This document shows positions 1 through 9,523 of a stretch of 64,000 nucleotides of DNA, piece by piece; position 1 is the stretch's first letter, and each line of letters starts with the position of its first letter. The notes beneath the pieces are model-generated. The model ran no database searches, was not told the DNA's origin, and saw only the letters and a list, made by a program, of their open reading frames with translations. A program made the position numbers and the translations under genes. This stretch comes from Betaproteobacteria bacterium (GTDB lineage Bacteria; Pseudomonadota; Gammaproteobacteria; Burkholderiales; SG8-39). The stretch lies in NCBI GenBank assembly GCA_016195915.1, contig JACPYS010000063.1, forward strand, positions 10,388 through 74,387. The letters are read 5' to 3'.

Positions 1-1
1 G

Positions 2-322
2 CAGTGGCTGTACCCGGGCCAGGAAATCCTGCTGCACCGCGACGAAGCGGAGGGCTATTACCTCAACGTCTCGACCGCTGAACCGCGTGTGTTCGTCTCG
101 TGGCGCCTGGACGAGGGCCGCGCGGCGCCGCTGCTGCTGACGGTGAGTTACCACGAGGCGAGCCGCTGGCTCGATGGCGGCGAGCAGGTGGATTCGGTGC
201 CGATGCCACCGGAGATCTACGGCTGGGTGGGCGAGTGGGTGGAGAAGAACTACCGGCCGGAGCCGAACAAGCGCATCCGTCCACGCTCGTTCATGCACCC
301 CAGGGACCGCGCGAGGAACTGA
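2..322 (+). CDS. DUF3305-like protein, 5' end cut by window edge (FDH accessory region)
   Basis: Frame is open from the window edge (QWLYPGQEILLHRDEAEGYYLNVS...). Its stop overlaps the next ATG (TGATG). Family call is from recalled DUF3305-DUF3306-ferredoxin-FDH synteny. Confidence 0.65.
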   Translation, partial: QWLYPGQEILLHRDEAEGYYLNVSTAEPRVFVSWRLDEGRAAPLLLTVSYHEASRWLDGGEQVDSVPMPPEIYGWVGEWVEKNYRPEPNKRIRPRSFMHPRDRARN

Positions 323-780
323 TGGCAGGGGATCAAGAGGCGTTTCTTTCGCGCTGGTCGCGCGTCAAACGCGAAACCCTTGCCGAAGCGGCGAAGCCGG
401 CGCCCGTCGCGCCTGCCGCCGAGGTTCCCGAAGCGCCGTTGCCTCCGGTGGACCAGCTGGACTTCGAATCGGATTTCACGGTGTTCATGAAAAGCAAGGT
501 CGTGGAAGAGGGCGTCAAGCGCGCAGCGCTGAAGAAACTGTTCGCCGACCCGCGCTTCAATGTTCAGGACGGCCTCGATACCTATATCGACGACTACTCG
601 ATCGAGGATCCGATTCCGCCGGACCTGCTCGAACAGTTGCAGCACGCGAAGCGCACTCTGTTCGGCCCGCAGCCGGAGAAACCCGAAACCGCGGCCGACC
701 CGGAAGCGAGCGGGCAACCCCAGGCGCAGGCCGATCTCCCGGTGGCGGAAGAACCCAAAGCCCATGGCGATCGCGGATAA
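322..780 (+). CDS. DUF3306-like protein
   Basis: ATG at 322 overlaps the upstream stop. 152 aa, MAGDQEAFLSRWSRVKRE..., Ala/Pro/Glu-rich low-complexity tail. The 226-aa track ORF starting at 100 overlaps the previous gene in another frame. Confidence 0.6.
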   Translation: MAGDQEAFLSRWSRVKRETLAEAAKPAPVAPAAEVPEAPLPPVDQLDFESDFTVFMKSKVVEEGVKRAALKKLFADPRFNVQDGLDTYIDDYSIEDPIPPDLLEQLQHAKRTLFGPQPEKPETAADPEASGQPQAQADLPVAEEPKAHGDRG

Positions 781-2899
781 GACGCTCAAGCTCTGCAACT
801 GCAACGGCACGATTCCGCTCGATGCGAAAGCGCTCGCGGCGGCACTCAAGACGGGCGCGCCGGTGACCGTGTACAGCGAGTTGTGCCGCAGGCAGGCGGG
901 CGCATTCCAGGCCGCGCTTTCCGATGCCGAGCTGATCGTCGCCTGCACGCAGGAAGCGCCGCTGTTTGCAGAACTGGCACGCTCTGCGGAGTCGAAGGCA
1001 GAGCTGCGTTTCGTGAATATCCGCGAGGCGGCGGGCTGGTCGGCCGAAGGCGCACAGGCGAGCCCGAAGATTGCGGCGCTGCTCGCCATGGCGGCGCTGC
1101 CCGAGCCCGAGCCGGTGCCGACGGTCGAGTACAAGTCGGGCGGGCAGCTGCTCGTCATCGGCCCATCCGGCGCGGCGCTCGATTGGGCGCAGCGGCTCTC
1201 CGGCGCACTGGAAGTGAGCGTTCTGATCACGAAGGCCGAAGGAGGGGAACTCCCGCTCCAGCGCAGTTTCCCGGTGTGCTCGGGCAGGCTTGCGCGCGTG
1301 AGCGGCTGGCTCGGCGCGTACGAAGTCGAATGGGTGCAGGAAAACGCGATCGACCTGGAAATCTGCACACGCTGCAACGCCTGCGTCGAGGCCTGTCCCG
1401 AAACTGCGATCGATTACACCTACCAGATCGATGCCGCAAAATGCAAGGCGCACCGCGCATGCGTGAAAGCCTGTGGAGCGATTGGTGCGGTCGATTTCTC
1501 GCGGACCGAAACCGCTCGCAGGGAAAACTTCGATCTCGTGCTCGATCTGTCGGACGAGCCGGCGATCCGCGCGCCCGACCTGCCGCAGGGCTATCTCGCT
1601 CCGGGGCGCGACCCGCTCGAGCAGTCGCACGCGGCGGCGAAGCTTGCGCAGCTGGTGGGAGAGTTCGAGAAACCGCGCTTCTTCGTCTACAAGGAGCGCA
1701 TCTGCGCGCACAGCCGCAACTCGCAGCCGGGCTGCAATCGTTGCATCGACGTGTGCTCGACCGGCGCAATCGCGAGCGACGGGGACCGCGTGAAGATCGA
1801 GACGCACTTGTGCGCGGGCTGCGGCGGGTGTTCGAATGTCTGTCCCACGGGCGCGATGACGCACGCCTATCCGCGGGTGTCGGACCTCGGCACGCGGCTG
1901 AAGACCGCGCTGTCGGTGTTTCGCGAATCCGGCGGCAGGGATGCATGCCTGGTGCTGCATAACACCGAAGAGGGTCGCGCGCTGGTTCAGGGCGTCGGCC
2001 GGCGCGCGCTTCGCGGCATTCCCGGCGGCGCCGCGCGCCACAAGGCGGGGCATGGCAAAGGGCTGCCGGCGCGCGCCATTCCGGTCGAGGTGTTTCATAT
2101 CGCGTCGATCGGAATGGATACCCTGTTCGGCGCGGTGTGCTACGGCGCAACGCAGGTGGCGATCGTCTCGAGCGGCGACGAGTCCGAAGCGTACACCGCT
2201 GCTTTGCGTGAGCAGATGGGCCACGCTGAAGCGATCCTGAACGCGCTCGGATATTCGGGCAGGCACTTCGAGCTGATCGTCGCCGGGGATCCGGCTACCC
2301 TCGAGCGTGCGCTCTGGGCGCTGGCCCCCGGGCGTGCGCTCGACAAGGCCGCGACGTTCAACCTGTCGAATGAAAAACGCACCACGCTGGATTTCTGCAT
2401 CGATCATCTGGCGAGGAATGCGCCGGAGCCGAAACAGGAAATTCCCCTGGGCAAAGGCGCGGTTTTTGGCGCGATCACCGTCAACCGGCAGACCTGCACC
2501 ATGTGCAAGGCCTGCATCGGCGCGTGCCCGGCGTCGGCGCTCATCGATTCGCAGGAGACGCCGAGCCTGCACTTCATCGAGCGCAACTGCGTGCAGTGCG
2601 GCCTGTGTGCCAATACCTGCCCCGAGGATGCCATCGCGCTGACGCCGCGTCTGTTGCTCACTGCGCAGGCAAAGACATCTGTGTTGCTCAACGAGGCCGA
2701 GCCGTACAACTGCGTGCGCTGCGGCAAGCCCTACGGTACGCGGCCGATGGTCGAGAGCATGCTCGGCAAACTCGCCGGGCACTCGATGTTTTCCGGCGGC
2801 GCGCTGCGGCGGCTGCAGATGTGCGCCGATTGCCGGGTGGTCGACATGATGGAAAACAGAGGCGAAGCTTCGGTGTTCGATTACACCGGCAAGAAATGA
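764..2899 (+). CDS. Large poly-ferredoxin (multiple 4Fe-4S binding motifs)
   Basis: ATG 764 (MAIADKTLKLCNCNG) overlaps the end of the previous gene. At least six CxxCxxCxxxC(P) motifs, e.g. CTRCNACVEACP, CAGCGGCSNVCP, CTMCKACIGACP, CVQCGLCANTCP. Confidence 0.85.
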   Translation: MAIADKTLKLCNCNGTIPLDAKALAAALKTGAPVTVYSELCRRQAGAFQAALSDAELIVACTQEAPLFAELARSAESKAELRFVNIREAAGWSAEGAQASPKIAALLAMAALPEPEPVPTVEYKSGGQLLVIGPSGAALDWAQRLSGALEVSVLITKAEGGELPLQRSFPVCSGRLARVSGWLGAYEVEWVQENAIDLEICTRCNACVEACPETAIDYTYQIDAAKCKAHRACVKACGAIGAVDFSRTETARRENFDLVLDLSDEPAIRAPDLPQGYLAPGRDPLEQSHAAAKLAQLVGEFEKPRFFVYKERICAHSRNSQPGCNRCIDVCSTGAIASDGDRVKIETHLCAGCGGCSNVCPTGAMTHAYPRVSDLGTRLKTALSVFRESGGRDACLVLHNTEEGRALVQGVGRRALRGIPGGAARHKAGHGKGLPARAIPVEVFHIASIGMDTLFGAVCYGATQVAIVSSGDESEAYTAALREQMGHAEAILNALGYSGRHFELIVAGDPATLERALWALAPGRALDKAATFNLSNEKRTTLDFCIDHLARNAPEPKQEIPLGKGAVFGAITVNRQTCTMCKACIGACPASALIDSQETPSLHFIERNCVQCGLCANTCPEDAIALTPRLLLTAQAKTSVLLNEAEPYNCVRCGKPYGTRPMVESMLGKLAGHSMFSGGALRRLQMCADCRVVDMMENRGEASVFDYTGKK

Positions 2900-3501
2900 G
2901 CGAGTTGGAACAGGCCGGCTCTCTTGCGCCGGAGGACCAGGCGCGCGCAAACCTCTATGGCCTGCTCGCGCGCTTGTTCTACGCCGCGCCGGATGCCGCG
3001 CTGCTGCGGGCGATCGCGCAGTCCGGAGAAATGCAGGCGGAAACGGGGAGTCCTCTTGCTATCGCGTGGAAGCGCTTGGTGGAAGCATCGGCCGGTGCAA
3101 ATGCCGGAGCCGTGCGCGAAGAGTTCGAGCGCTCGTTCGTCGGCACCGGCAAGGCCGACGTAACCCTCTACACGGGCGCCTATACCACGCGCTCCACCGT
3201 CGACAGCCCGCTGGCCGAGTTGCGCGGCGAACTCGCTGCCCGCGGGCTCGCGCGCCGCGGGGAGGTCTTCCTGCCCGAGGATCACATCGGTGCGTTGTGC
3301 GAAACCATGCGGCATCTCATTGCGGAGCAGCGTGCCGATCTCGAAGAGCAATACCGTTTCTTCCATCGCTGGATCTGGCCCGCCGCGACGCCTTTGTGCA
3401 ATGCAATAGACATTGACAGCAACACGGTTTTCTACGAGCACGTCGGGAGCCTGGCGCGCGCACTGTTCGAACTAGAGCACACGGCGTTTGAAATGCTCTA
3501 G
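2896..3501 (+). CDS. TorD/DmsD-family redox-enzyme maturation chaperone
   Basis: ATGA overlap with the ferredoxin stop. MSELEQAGSLAPEDQARANLYGLLARLFYAAPD... resembles the TorD-family N-terminus. Sits directly upstream of a Tat-dependent molybdoenzyme. Confidence 0.7.
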   Translation: MSELEQAGSLAPEDQARANLYGLLARLFYAAPDAALLRAIAQSGEMQAETGSPLAIAWKRLVEASAGANAGAVREEFERSFVGTGKADVTLYTGAYTTRSTVDSPLAELRGELAARGLARRGEVFLPEDHIGALCETMRHLIAEQRADLEEQYRFFHRWIWPAATPLCNAIDIDSNTVFYEHVGSLARALFELEHTAFEML

Positions 3502-3558
3502 AATTCTGCAAATAAGAACGCTGTTGCATAAGTCGCACTCGGCGACAAGGAGACAGAG

Positions 3559-3759
3559 ATGACCCAGACCAAGACCAAGCTCGGCCGGCGCAACTTCATT
3601 CTTGCTGCGAGTGCCGGTGGCGCGGCGACCGCCGCGGCGATCGTCGCGCGGACCGCCTCGAAACCGAAACCGGTGGCGGCCGACAGCGACAAGCGCTCGG
3701 GCAAGGGATACCAGGTTTCCGAGCACATCAACAACTACTACCGCACCACCAAGGTCTGA
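3559..3759 (+). CDS. 66-aa twin-arginine signal mini-protein (FDH-region Tat target type)
   Basis: AAGGAGA RBS. MTQTKTKLGRRNFILAASAGGAATAAA... is an RR motif plus h-region with only about 35 aa following. Lies immediately upstream of the FDH alpha subunit. Confidence 0.75.
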   Translation: MTQTKTKLGRRNFILAASAGGAATAAAIVARTASKPKPVAADSDKRSGKGYQVSEHINNYYRTTKV

Positions 3760-3769
3760 GGAGCCCGCC

Positions 3770-6715
3770 ATGCTGCTGACCCGCAAAGCGAGTAGCCAAG
3801 CCTCCCCGCAACTTCGCCTTTCGCGCGGCGTCGCCGGCGCGATGGCAAAGACCATCGATCGCCGTGCCTTTCTCAAGCGATCGGGCCTCGGCTTCGGCGC
3901 GGGCGCCGTGGCCGCGCAGTTGCCGTTCAACATCATCGAACGCGCCGAGGCAGCCGCGGATGCGCCAGGCGGCAAGATCGAGGTCAAGCGTACTGTATGC
4001 ACGCACTGCTCGGTCGGTTGCGCCATCGACGCGGTGGTTCAGAACGGAGTGTGGGTGCGCCAGGAGCCGGTGTTCGACTCCCCGCTCAATCTTGGGGCGC
4101 ACTGCGCGAAAGGCGCTTCGGTGCGCGAGCATGGCATCACGCACGATTCGCACCGCCTGAAAGAGCCGATGAAGCTCGAAGGCGGCAAGTGGAAGGCGAT
4201 CGGCTGGGATCAAGCCTACACCGAGATCTCCGACAAGCTGCAGAAGATCAAAAAGGAGAGTGGCCCCGATGCCTTGTTCGTGGTCGGGTCGAGCAAGCAC
4301 AATAACGAGCAGGCTTACCTGCTGCGCAAATGGGTGTCGCTGTGGGGCACCAACAACTGCGACCACCAGGCGCGCATCTGCCACTCGACCACCGTCGCGG
4401 GCGTAGCCAACACCTGGGGCTACGGTGCGATGACGAATTCATACAACGACGAACAGAACTCTAAGTCCCTGCTGTTCCTCGGGTCGAACGCTGCCGAAGC
4501 GCACCCGGTGTCGATGCTGCATACGCTGCACGCGAAGGAAAACGGCTGCAAGGTGATCGTCGCCGACCCGCGTTTCACGCGCACCGCGGCGAGGGCCGAC
4601 AAGTACGTGCGCTTTCGTTCAGGTACCGACATCCCGCTGATCTTCGGCGTGCTGCATCACATCTTCAAGAATGGCTGGGAGGACAAGGAGTACATCAAGG
4701 CGCGCGTGCACGGCATGGACAAGATCAAGGAAGAGGTCATGTCCAAGTGGACGCCCGACAAGGTGACCGAAGCTACCGGTACGCCGGAGGCCGACGTCTA
4801 CGAAATGGCCAAGATCCTCGCCGAGAACCGCCCGGGCTTCATCATCTGGGCGATGGGGCAGACGCAGCACACCAACGGCAACGCCATCGTGCGCGCTTCG
4901 TGCATCCTGATGCTCGCGTTGGGCAACGTCGGTCGCTCCGGCGGCGGGGCCAACATCTATCGAGGCCACGACAACGTGCAGGGTGCAACCGATGTCGGCC
5001 CGAACCCCGATTCGCTACCGGGCTACTACGGTATTATCCCGGGCGCCTGGGCGCACTGGGCGCGCGTGTGGAACGTGGACCTGAAGTGGCTGCAGGGCCA
5101 GTTTGCGCCCGGCATGATGACCAAGCCGGGCATCACGGTGTCGCGCTGGATCGACGCGGTGATGGAGAAGAACGAGGCCATCGACCAGGACTCCAATCTT
5201 CGCGCGATGATCTACTGGGGACATGCGCCCAACTCGCAGTCGCGCGGCCCGGAGATGCTCGAGGCGATGAAGAAAATGGACCTGATGGTCGTCATCGACC
5301 CGTATCCGTCCGCAACCGCCGCAATGTTCGCGATGGCCCGGAAGGACGGGGCTTACCTGCTGCCTGCTGCGACGCAGTTCGAGTGCTCCGGCAGCGCGAC
5401 CGCCTCCAACCGTTCGATCCAGTGGCGCGAGAAGGTGATCGATCCGGTCTTCAATTCGCGCACCGACCACATGATCATGTACCAGCTGGCGGGCAAGCTG
5501 GGTTTCGCGGAACAGCTGGTCGGCAAGAAGGATGGCAAGCAGACCATCAAGCTCGTAAAGGGCAAGGGCGGCATGGACGAGCCCAACGTCGAGGACATCC
5601 TGCGCGAAATCAACGCGGGCACCTGGACCATCGGATACACGGGCCAGTCACCCGAGCGGCTGCAGGCGCACATGCGCAACATGCACGTGTTCGACGTGAA
5701 GACGCTGCGCGCGAAAGGCGGCAAGGATGCGAAGACCGGCTATGACCTGACCGGCGATTACTTCGGGTTGCCATGGCCGTGCTACGGCAATGCGGCGCTG
5801 AAACACCCGGGTACGCCGAACCTGTACGACCCGTCCAAGCACGTGATGGACGGGGGCGGGAACTTCCGTGCCAACTTCGGCGTCGAGCGCGACGGGGTGT
5901 CGCTGCTTGCCGAGGATGGCTCGCACTCGAAGGGTGCCGACATCACGACCGGTTATCCGGAGTTCGACCACGTGCTGATGAAGAAACTCGGCTGGTGGGA
6001 CGACCTCACGGACGAGGAGAAGAAGGAAGCCGAGGGCAAGAACTGGAAGACCGATCTTTCGGGCGGCATCCAGCGCGTGGTGCTGAAGGTGCACGGCTGC
6101 CACCCGTTCGGCAACGCCAAGGCGCGCGCGGTCGTATGGAATTTCCCCGACGGCGTGCCGCTGCACCGCGAGCCGCTGTTCAGCCCGCGCGCGGACATGA
6201 TCGACAAATACCCGACGCACGACGACGTGAAGACCTTGTGGCGGCTGCCTACGCTGTTCAAGACCGTGCAGCAGAAGTACAAGGACGCGGGCAAGCAGTT
6301 TCCGCTTGTCCTTACCTCCGGTCGGCTGGTCGAATACGAAGGCGGTGGCGAGGAGACGCGCTCCAATCCCTGGCTTGCCGAACTGATGCAGGACAATTTC
6401 GTAGAGATCAACCCGAAGGCTGCCGCCGACCGCGGCATCCGCAACGGCGAATACGTCTGGGTTTCGTCGCCCTCGGGCGCGAAGCTCAAGGTGAAGGCGA
6501 TGGTCACCGAGCGGGTCGGCGCGGACACGGTGTTCATTCCGTTCCACTTCTCCGGCTGGTGGCAGGGGCAGGACATGCTGCCCTACTACCCGGACGGCGC
6601 GGCGCCGATCGTGCGCGGCGAAGCGGTGAATACCGCGACCACCTATGGCTATGACCGGGTGACCCTGATGCAGGAAACCAAGACGACGCTCTGTCAGGTC
6701 GCGAAGTTCGTATAA
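3770..6715 (+). CDS. Formate dehydrogenase alpha subunit, periplasmic molybdo/tungstopterin enzyme, Cys-type
   Basis: GAGGAG RBS 6 nt before ATG 3770 (alternative ATG at 3842). Tat motif DRRAFLKRSG. N-terminal CTHCSVGC 4Fe-4S motif. Active-site HQARICHSTTVAG has a TGC Cys codon at 4379-4381. 981 aa. Confidence 0.9.
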   Translation: MLLTRKASSQASPQLRLSRGVAGAMAKTIDRRAFLKRSGLGFGAGAVAAQLPFNIIERAEAAADAPGGKIEVKRTVCTHCSVGCAIDAVVQNGVWVRQEPVFDSPLNLGAHCAKGASVREHGITHDSHRLKEPMKLEGGKWKAIGWDQAYTEISDKLQKIKKESGPDALFVVGSSKHNNEQAYLLRKWVSLWGTNNCDHQARICHSTTVAGVANTWGYGAMTNSYNDEQNSKSLLFLGSNAAEAHPVSMLHTLHAKENGCKVIVADPRFTRTAARADKYVRFRSGTDIPLIFGVLHHIFKNGWEDKEYIKARVHGMDKIKEEVMSKWTPDKVTEATGTPEADVYEMAKILAENRPGFIIWAMGQTQHTNGNAIVRASCILMLALGNVGRSGGGANIYRGHDNVQGATDVGPNPDSLPGYYGIIPGAWAHWARVWNVDLKWLQGQFAPGMMTKPGITVSRWIDAVMEKNEAIDQDSNLRAMIYWGHAPNSQSRGPEMLEAMKKMDLMVVIDPYPSATAAMFAMARKDGAYLLPAATQFECSGSATASNRSIQWREKVIDPVFNSRTDHMIMYQLAGKLGFAEQLVGKKDGKQTIKLVKGKGGMDEPNVEDILREINAGTWTIGYTGQSPERLQAHMRNMHVFDVKTLRAKGGKDAKTGYDLTGDYFGLPWPCYGNAALKHPGTPNLYDPSKHVMDGGGNFRANFGVERDGVSLLAEDGSHSKGADITTGYPEFDHVLMKKLGWWDDLTDEEKKEAEGKNWKTDLSGGIQRVVLKVHGCHPFGNAKARAVVWNFPDGVPLHREPLFSPRADMIDKYPTHDDVKTLWRLPTLFKTVQQKYKDAGKQFPLVLTSGRLVEYEGGGEETRSNPWLAELMQDNFVEINPKAAADRGIRNGEYVWVSSPSGAKLKVKAMVTERVGADTVFIPFHFSGWWQGQDMLPYYPDGAAPIVRGEAVNTATTYGYDRVTLMQETKTTLCQVAKFV

Positions 6716-6725
6716 GGAGAACGCC

Positions 6726-7355
6726 ATGGCCAGAATGAAATTCCTGTGCGACGCCGAGCGCTGCATCGAGTGCAACGGCTGTGTCACGGCCTGCAAGAGC
6801 GAGCACGAGGTGCCCTGGGGCGTGAACCGCCGCCGCGTGGTTACCATCAATGATGGCGTGCCCGGCGAGAAGTCGATTTCCGTGGCGTGCATGCACTGCT
6901 CCGACGCGCCGTGCATGGCGGTATGCCCGGTGGACTGCTTCTACCGCACCGACGACGGCGTGGTGTTGCACGACAAGGACCTGTGCATCGGCTGCGGCTA
7001 CTGCTTCTACGCCTGCCCGTTTGGTGCGCCGCAGTTCCCGCAGGCGGGTGCCTTCGGTTTGCGCGGCAAGATGGACAAGTGCACGTTCTGCAACGGCGGG
7101 CCGGAGGAAGACCGCTCGGCGGTCGAGTTCCAGAAGTACGGCCGCAACCGTCTGGCCGAGGGCAAGCTGCCGGCCTGCGCCGAAATGTGCTCCACCAAGG
7201 CGCTGCTGGGCGGCGATGGCGACGTGATCGCGGATATCTACCGCGAGCGCGTGTTCAAGCGAGGCAAGGGCTCCGAAGTCTGGGGTTGGGGCACGGCCTA
7301 CGGTCCGGGCAAGCCCGGCGCCGCGCCGGCGCCGGCGGCAGGCGCCAAATCATGA
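6726..7355 (+). CDS. Formate dehydrogenase beta subunit (4Fe-4S ferredoxin)
   Basis: GGAGA RBS. MARMKFLCDAERCIECNGCVTACK..., CMHCSDAPCMAVCP, CIGCGYCFYACP, CTFC...CAEMC cluster motifs. Confidence 0.9.
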   Translation: MARMKFLCDAERCIECNGCVTACKSEHEVPWGVNRRRVVTINDGVPGEKSISVACMHCSDAPCMAVCPVDCFYRTDDGVVLHDKDLCIGCGYCFYACPFGAPQFPQAGAFGLRGKMDKCTFCNGGPEEDRSAVEFQKYGRNRLAEGKLPACAEMCSTKALLGGDGDVIADIYRERVFKRGKGSEVWGWGTAYGPGKPGAAPAPAAGAKS

Positions 7356-7603
7356 GGCGGCTGATCGCAGTAGCGGCGGTTGTATCCGCAATTCTCGGCT
7401 TGGCAGCCTGCGGCGAATCCGAACAGGTGATCGTCTACAAGCAGGGCAAATACCAGGGCAAGCCCGACGGCAAGCCGTGGGAGGGCGAGCCACTGCTTGT
7501 GACCGACGCCAAGTGGACCAAGGGCGACAAGGCGAGCTGGGAAGAAAGGATCAAACAGCGCAATCAGGGCCAGAACGAATACAAGCGGATTTACCAGCAA
7601 TAA
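7352..7603 (+). CDS. Small lipoprotein of unknown function
   Basis: ATGA overlap with the beta-subunit stop. MRRLIAVAAVVSAILGLAAC has a lipobox L-A-A-C. 83 aa, Lys/Gly/Gln-rich mature part. Confidence 0.65.
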   Translation: MRRLIAVAAVVSAILGLAACGESEQVIVYKQGKYQGKPDGKPWEGEPLLVTDAKWTKGDKASWEERIKQRNQGQNEYKRIYQQ

Positions 7604-7629
7604 GAACGGGCCCGCAGGAGAAAACTGAC

Positions 7630-8679
7630 ATGTTGAAGCTATTGCGCTTGGCGCGTTGGTCGCTGGCTGCGCTCGTTTTCGCGTTTCCCGCAGCGGCGGC
7701 GGCACAGGGCAAGCCCGCACAGGATTCGCAGGCCGAGCGCCAGCAGGTGCAGCCGTACAACAACGCACCCGTCTGGCGCGACGTGCGCAAGGAAGGCCAG
7801 GAGCACTACACGAGCATCAAGGGCCGCGAGACCGGGGTATTGGTGCAGTCCGCGGGCGAAACCTGGCGCCAGATTCGCAACAACCTGGTCACGGTATGGG
7901 GCGGTTTTGCGCTCATCATCGCGCTTGCGATCATCGCCGCGATCTACTTCGCCGTCGGGCCGGTCAAGACGCACGACAAGCCCACCGGAAGAATGGTGCC
8001 GCGATTCAGCCAGATCGAGCGCTGGGCGCACTGGACGGTGGCGATCAGCTTTTGCGTGCTTGCGGTATCCGGGTTGGTGATGCTGTTCGGCAAGCATGTG
8101 CTGTTGCCGTTGATCGGCTACACCCTGTTCTCCTGGCTCACGTCGCTGCTGAAGAATCTCCACAACTTCGTCAGCCCGGTTTTCATACTCAGTGTTCCCG
8201 TGCTGGTGCTGATATTCATCCGCGACAACCTACCCAAGTCCTACGACTTCGCCTGGTTCGCCAAGGCCTGGGGCCTGTTCATGCGCAACGAGCACATCCC
8301 TTCCGGGCGCTTCAACGGCGGTGAGAAGGTCTGGTTCTGGGGCTTCGTGGTGGGCTTGACCATCGTATCGAGCGTCACCGGCCTGATCCTGCTGTTCCCG
8401 AATTTCGATCAGACCCGCTCGACCATGCAGCTGGCATGGATCTTTCACGCGTTGTCGGCGCTGTTATTCATACTCGGCGCGCTTGGCCATATCTACGTCG
8501 GCACCATCGGTGTCGAAGACGCGTACCAGTGCATGCGCACGGGCTATGTCGATGAAGCCTGGGCCAAGGAGCACCACGAATACTGGTACAACGACATCAA
8601 GTCGAATGCGGGCGGCGGTGCGCCCGCGGCGGCGGGCGGTGCCGTGCCGGCCGGTGCACCGCAGGCAGAGCGGAAATAG
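7630..8679 (+). CDS. Formate dehydrogenase gamma subunit (cytochrome b) with N-terminal periplasmic extension
   Basis: GGAGAA RBS. Signal peptide MLKLLRLARWSLAALVFAFPAAAAAQ, then about 70 soluble residues, then 4-5 hydrophobic helices with conserved His (RWAHWTVAISF, HNFVSPVF, HIYVG). Confidence 0.85.
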   Translation: MLKLLRLARWSLAALVFAFPAAAAAQGKPAQDSQAERQQVQPYNNAPVWRDVRKEGQEHYTSIKGRETGVLVQSAGETWRQIRNNLVTVWGGFALIIALAIIAAIYFAVGPVKTHDKPTGRMVPRFSQIERWAHWTVAISFCVLAVSGLVMLFGKHVLLPLIGYTLFSWLTSLLKNLHNFVSPVFILSVPVLVLIFIRDNLPKSYDFAWFAKAWGLFMRNEHIPSGRFNGGEKVWFWGFVVGLTIVSSVTGLILLFPNFDQTRSTMQLAWIFHALSALLFILGALGHIYVGTIGVEDAYQCMRTGYVDEAWAKEHHEYWYNDIKSNAGGGAPAAAGGAVPAGAPQAERK

Positions 8680-8689
8680 GGAGAGGACC

Positions 8690-8944
8690 ATGAGAAGACT
8701 TGCTGTGGCATTGGCCGTCGGCGCTGCGCTGACCCTGGGTTCGTTCGCCGCGCATTCGAAACTTCCGGCGCCGCCGGCGAAGAGCGATGCGGAAAAAACC
8801 GCCGAGGCGGAAAAGACGAAGCTTGCCGCAGCCAAGGAAGGCGAGCTTTTGGGCAAGTACCAGGACAGCGCGGTTGCGAATTACAAGAAGAACAAGGGTA
8901 TCGCGGATAAACCGGCTGCGAAGGCTGCGGCGAAGAAGAAATAG
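8690..8944 (+). CDS. Small secreted Lys/Ala-rich protein, unknown function
   Basis: GGGAGAGG RBS. Signal peptide MRRLAVALAVGAALTLGSFAAHS. 84 aa. Charged low-complexity mature part ending AAKAAAKKK. Confidence 0.55.
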   Translation: MRRLAVALAVGAALTLGSFAAHSKLPAPPAKSDAEKTAEAEKTKLAAAKEGELLGKYQDSAVANYKKNKGIADKPAAKAAAKKK

Positions 8945-8955
8945 GACACGGTGAG

Positions 8956-9477
8956 ATGAGAAAAGTGTTCCTTGCTCTCGCGATTGCCGTAGCGCTTTCG
9001 GGTTGCGCGGGAACGGGAACCGGCGAGGGGCCGCGGGCCACCGCGCAGCTGCAGCCCACAAAGGGCAACAGCACGTCAGGCATCGTCGAGTTCGTCCAGG
9101 TTGGCAGCAAGGTGCGCGTCAGCGCGAACGTCACCGGCCTCAAGCCCGGCCAGGAGCATGGTTTTCATGTGCACGAATCCGGTGACTGCAGTTCCGGCGA
9201 CGGCATGAGCGCAAAGGGCCACTTCAATCCGCACGGCAAGCCGCACGGCCATGGCGGCACGACCGAGCGCCACGCAGGCGACATGCCCAATCTCAAGGCC
9301 GACGCGAACGGCAATGCGAGTACCAGCGTCGAGTTGGATGTGATCGCTGTGGCGGCAGGGCCCGCAAGCGTGGTGGGCCGCGGCGTGATCGTTCACGTGC
9401 AACCGGACGACTACAAGTCCCAGCCGGTCGGCAATGCGGGCGCGCGCATGGCTTGCGGAGTAGTGCGCGCGAATTGA
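8956..9477 (+). CDS. sodC: Cu,Zn superoxide dismutase, lipoprotein form
   Basis: Lipobox LSGC. HGFHVHESGDC, GHFNPHGKPHGH and HAGDMPNL metal-ligand motifs typical of SodC. Confidence 0.92.
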   Translation: MRKVFLALAIAVALSGCAGTGTGEGPRATAQLQPTKGNSTSGIVEFVQVGSKVRVSANVTGLKPGQEHGFHVHESGDCSSGDGMSAKGHFNPHGKPHGHGGTTERHAGDMPNLKADANGNASTSVELDVIAVAAGPASVVGRGVIVHVQPDDYKSQPVGNAGARMACGVVRAN

Positions 9478-9496
9478 ATGTGCGGGACTGCGAGCA

Positions 9497-9522
9497 CGGC
9501 GCCCGATGGCGCCGATTTTTTC
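9497..9522 (+). terminator. Rho-independent terminator after sodC
   Basis: CGGCGCC-cgat-GGCGCCG hairpin followed by ATTTTTTCTT. Confidence 0.7.
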
Positions 9523-9523
9523 T

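Noticed and set aside
557-2950. Very long ORFs antisense to or overlapping real genes. Examples: 557-2950 (-), 5648-6916 (-), 17904-19070 (-), 21942-24278 (-), 33784-35343 (-), 41336-43774 (-), 55326-56534 (-), 59739-60917 (+), 61706-63322 (-).
   Set aside because: Their translations are Arg/Ala/Pro/Gly-rich low-complexity strings with no family motifs. The opposite-strand or other-frame partner has clear conserved domains. These are the shadow ORFs expected in high-GC DNA.
4379-4381. Selenocysteine in the formate dehydrogenase alpha subunit
   Set aside because: The active-site codon is TGC (Cys), and the 981-codon frame has no internal TGA.
3842-6715. Alternative shorter start (MAKTIDRRAFLK) for the FDH alpha subunit
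   Set aside because: Not excluded. ATG 3770 has a GAGGAG RBS at ideal spacing while 3842 has none, so I kept 3770 and flagged the uncertainty.
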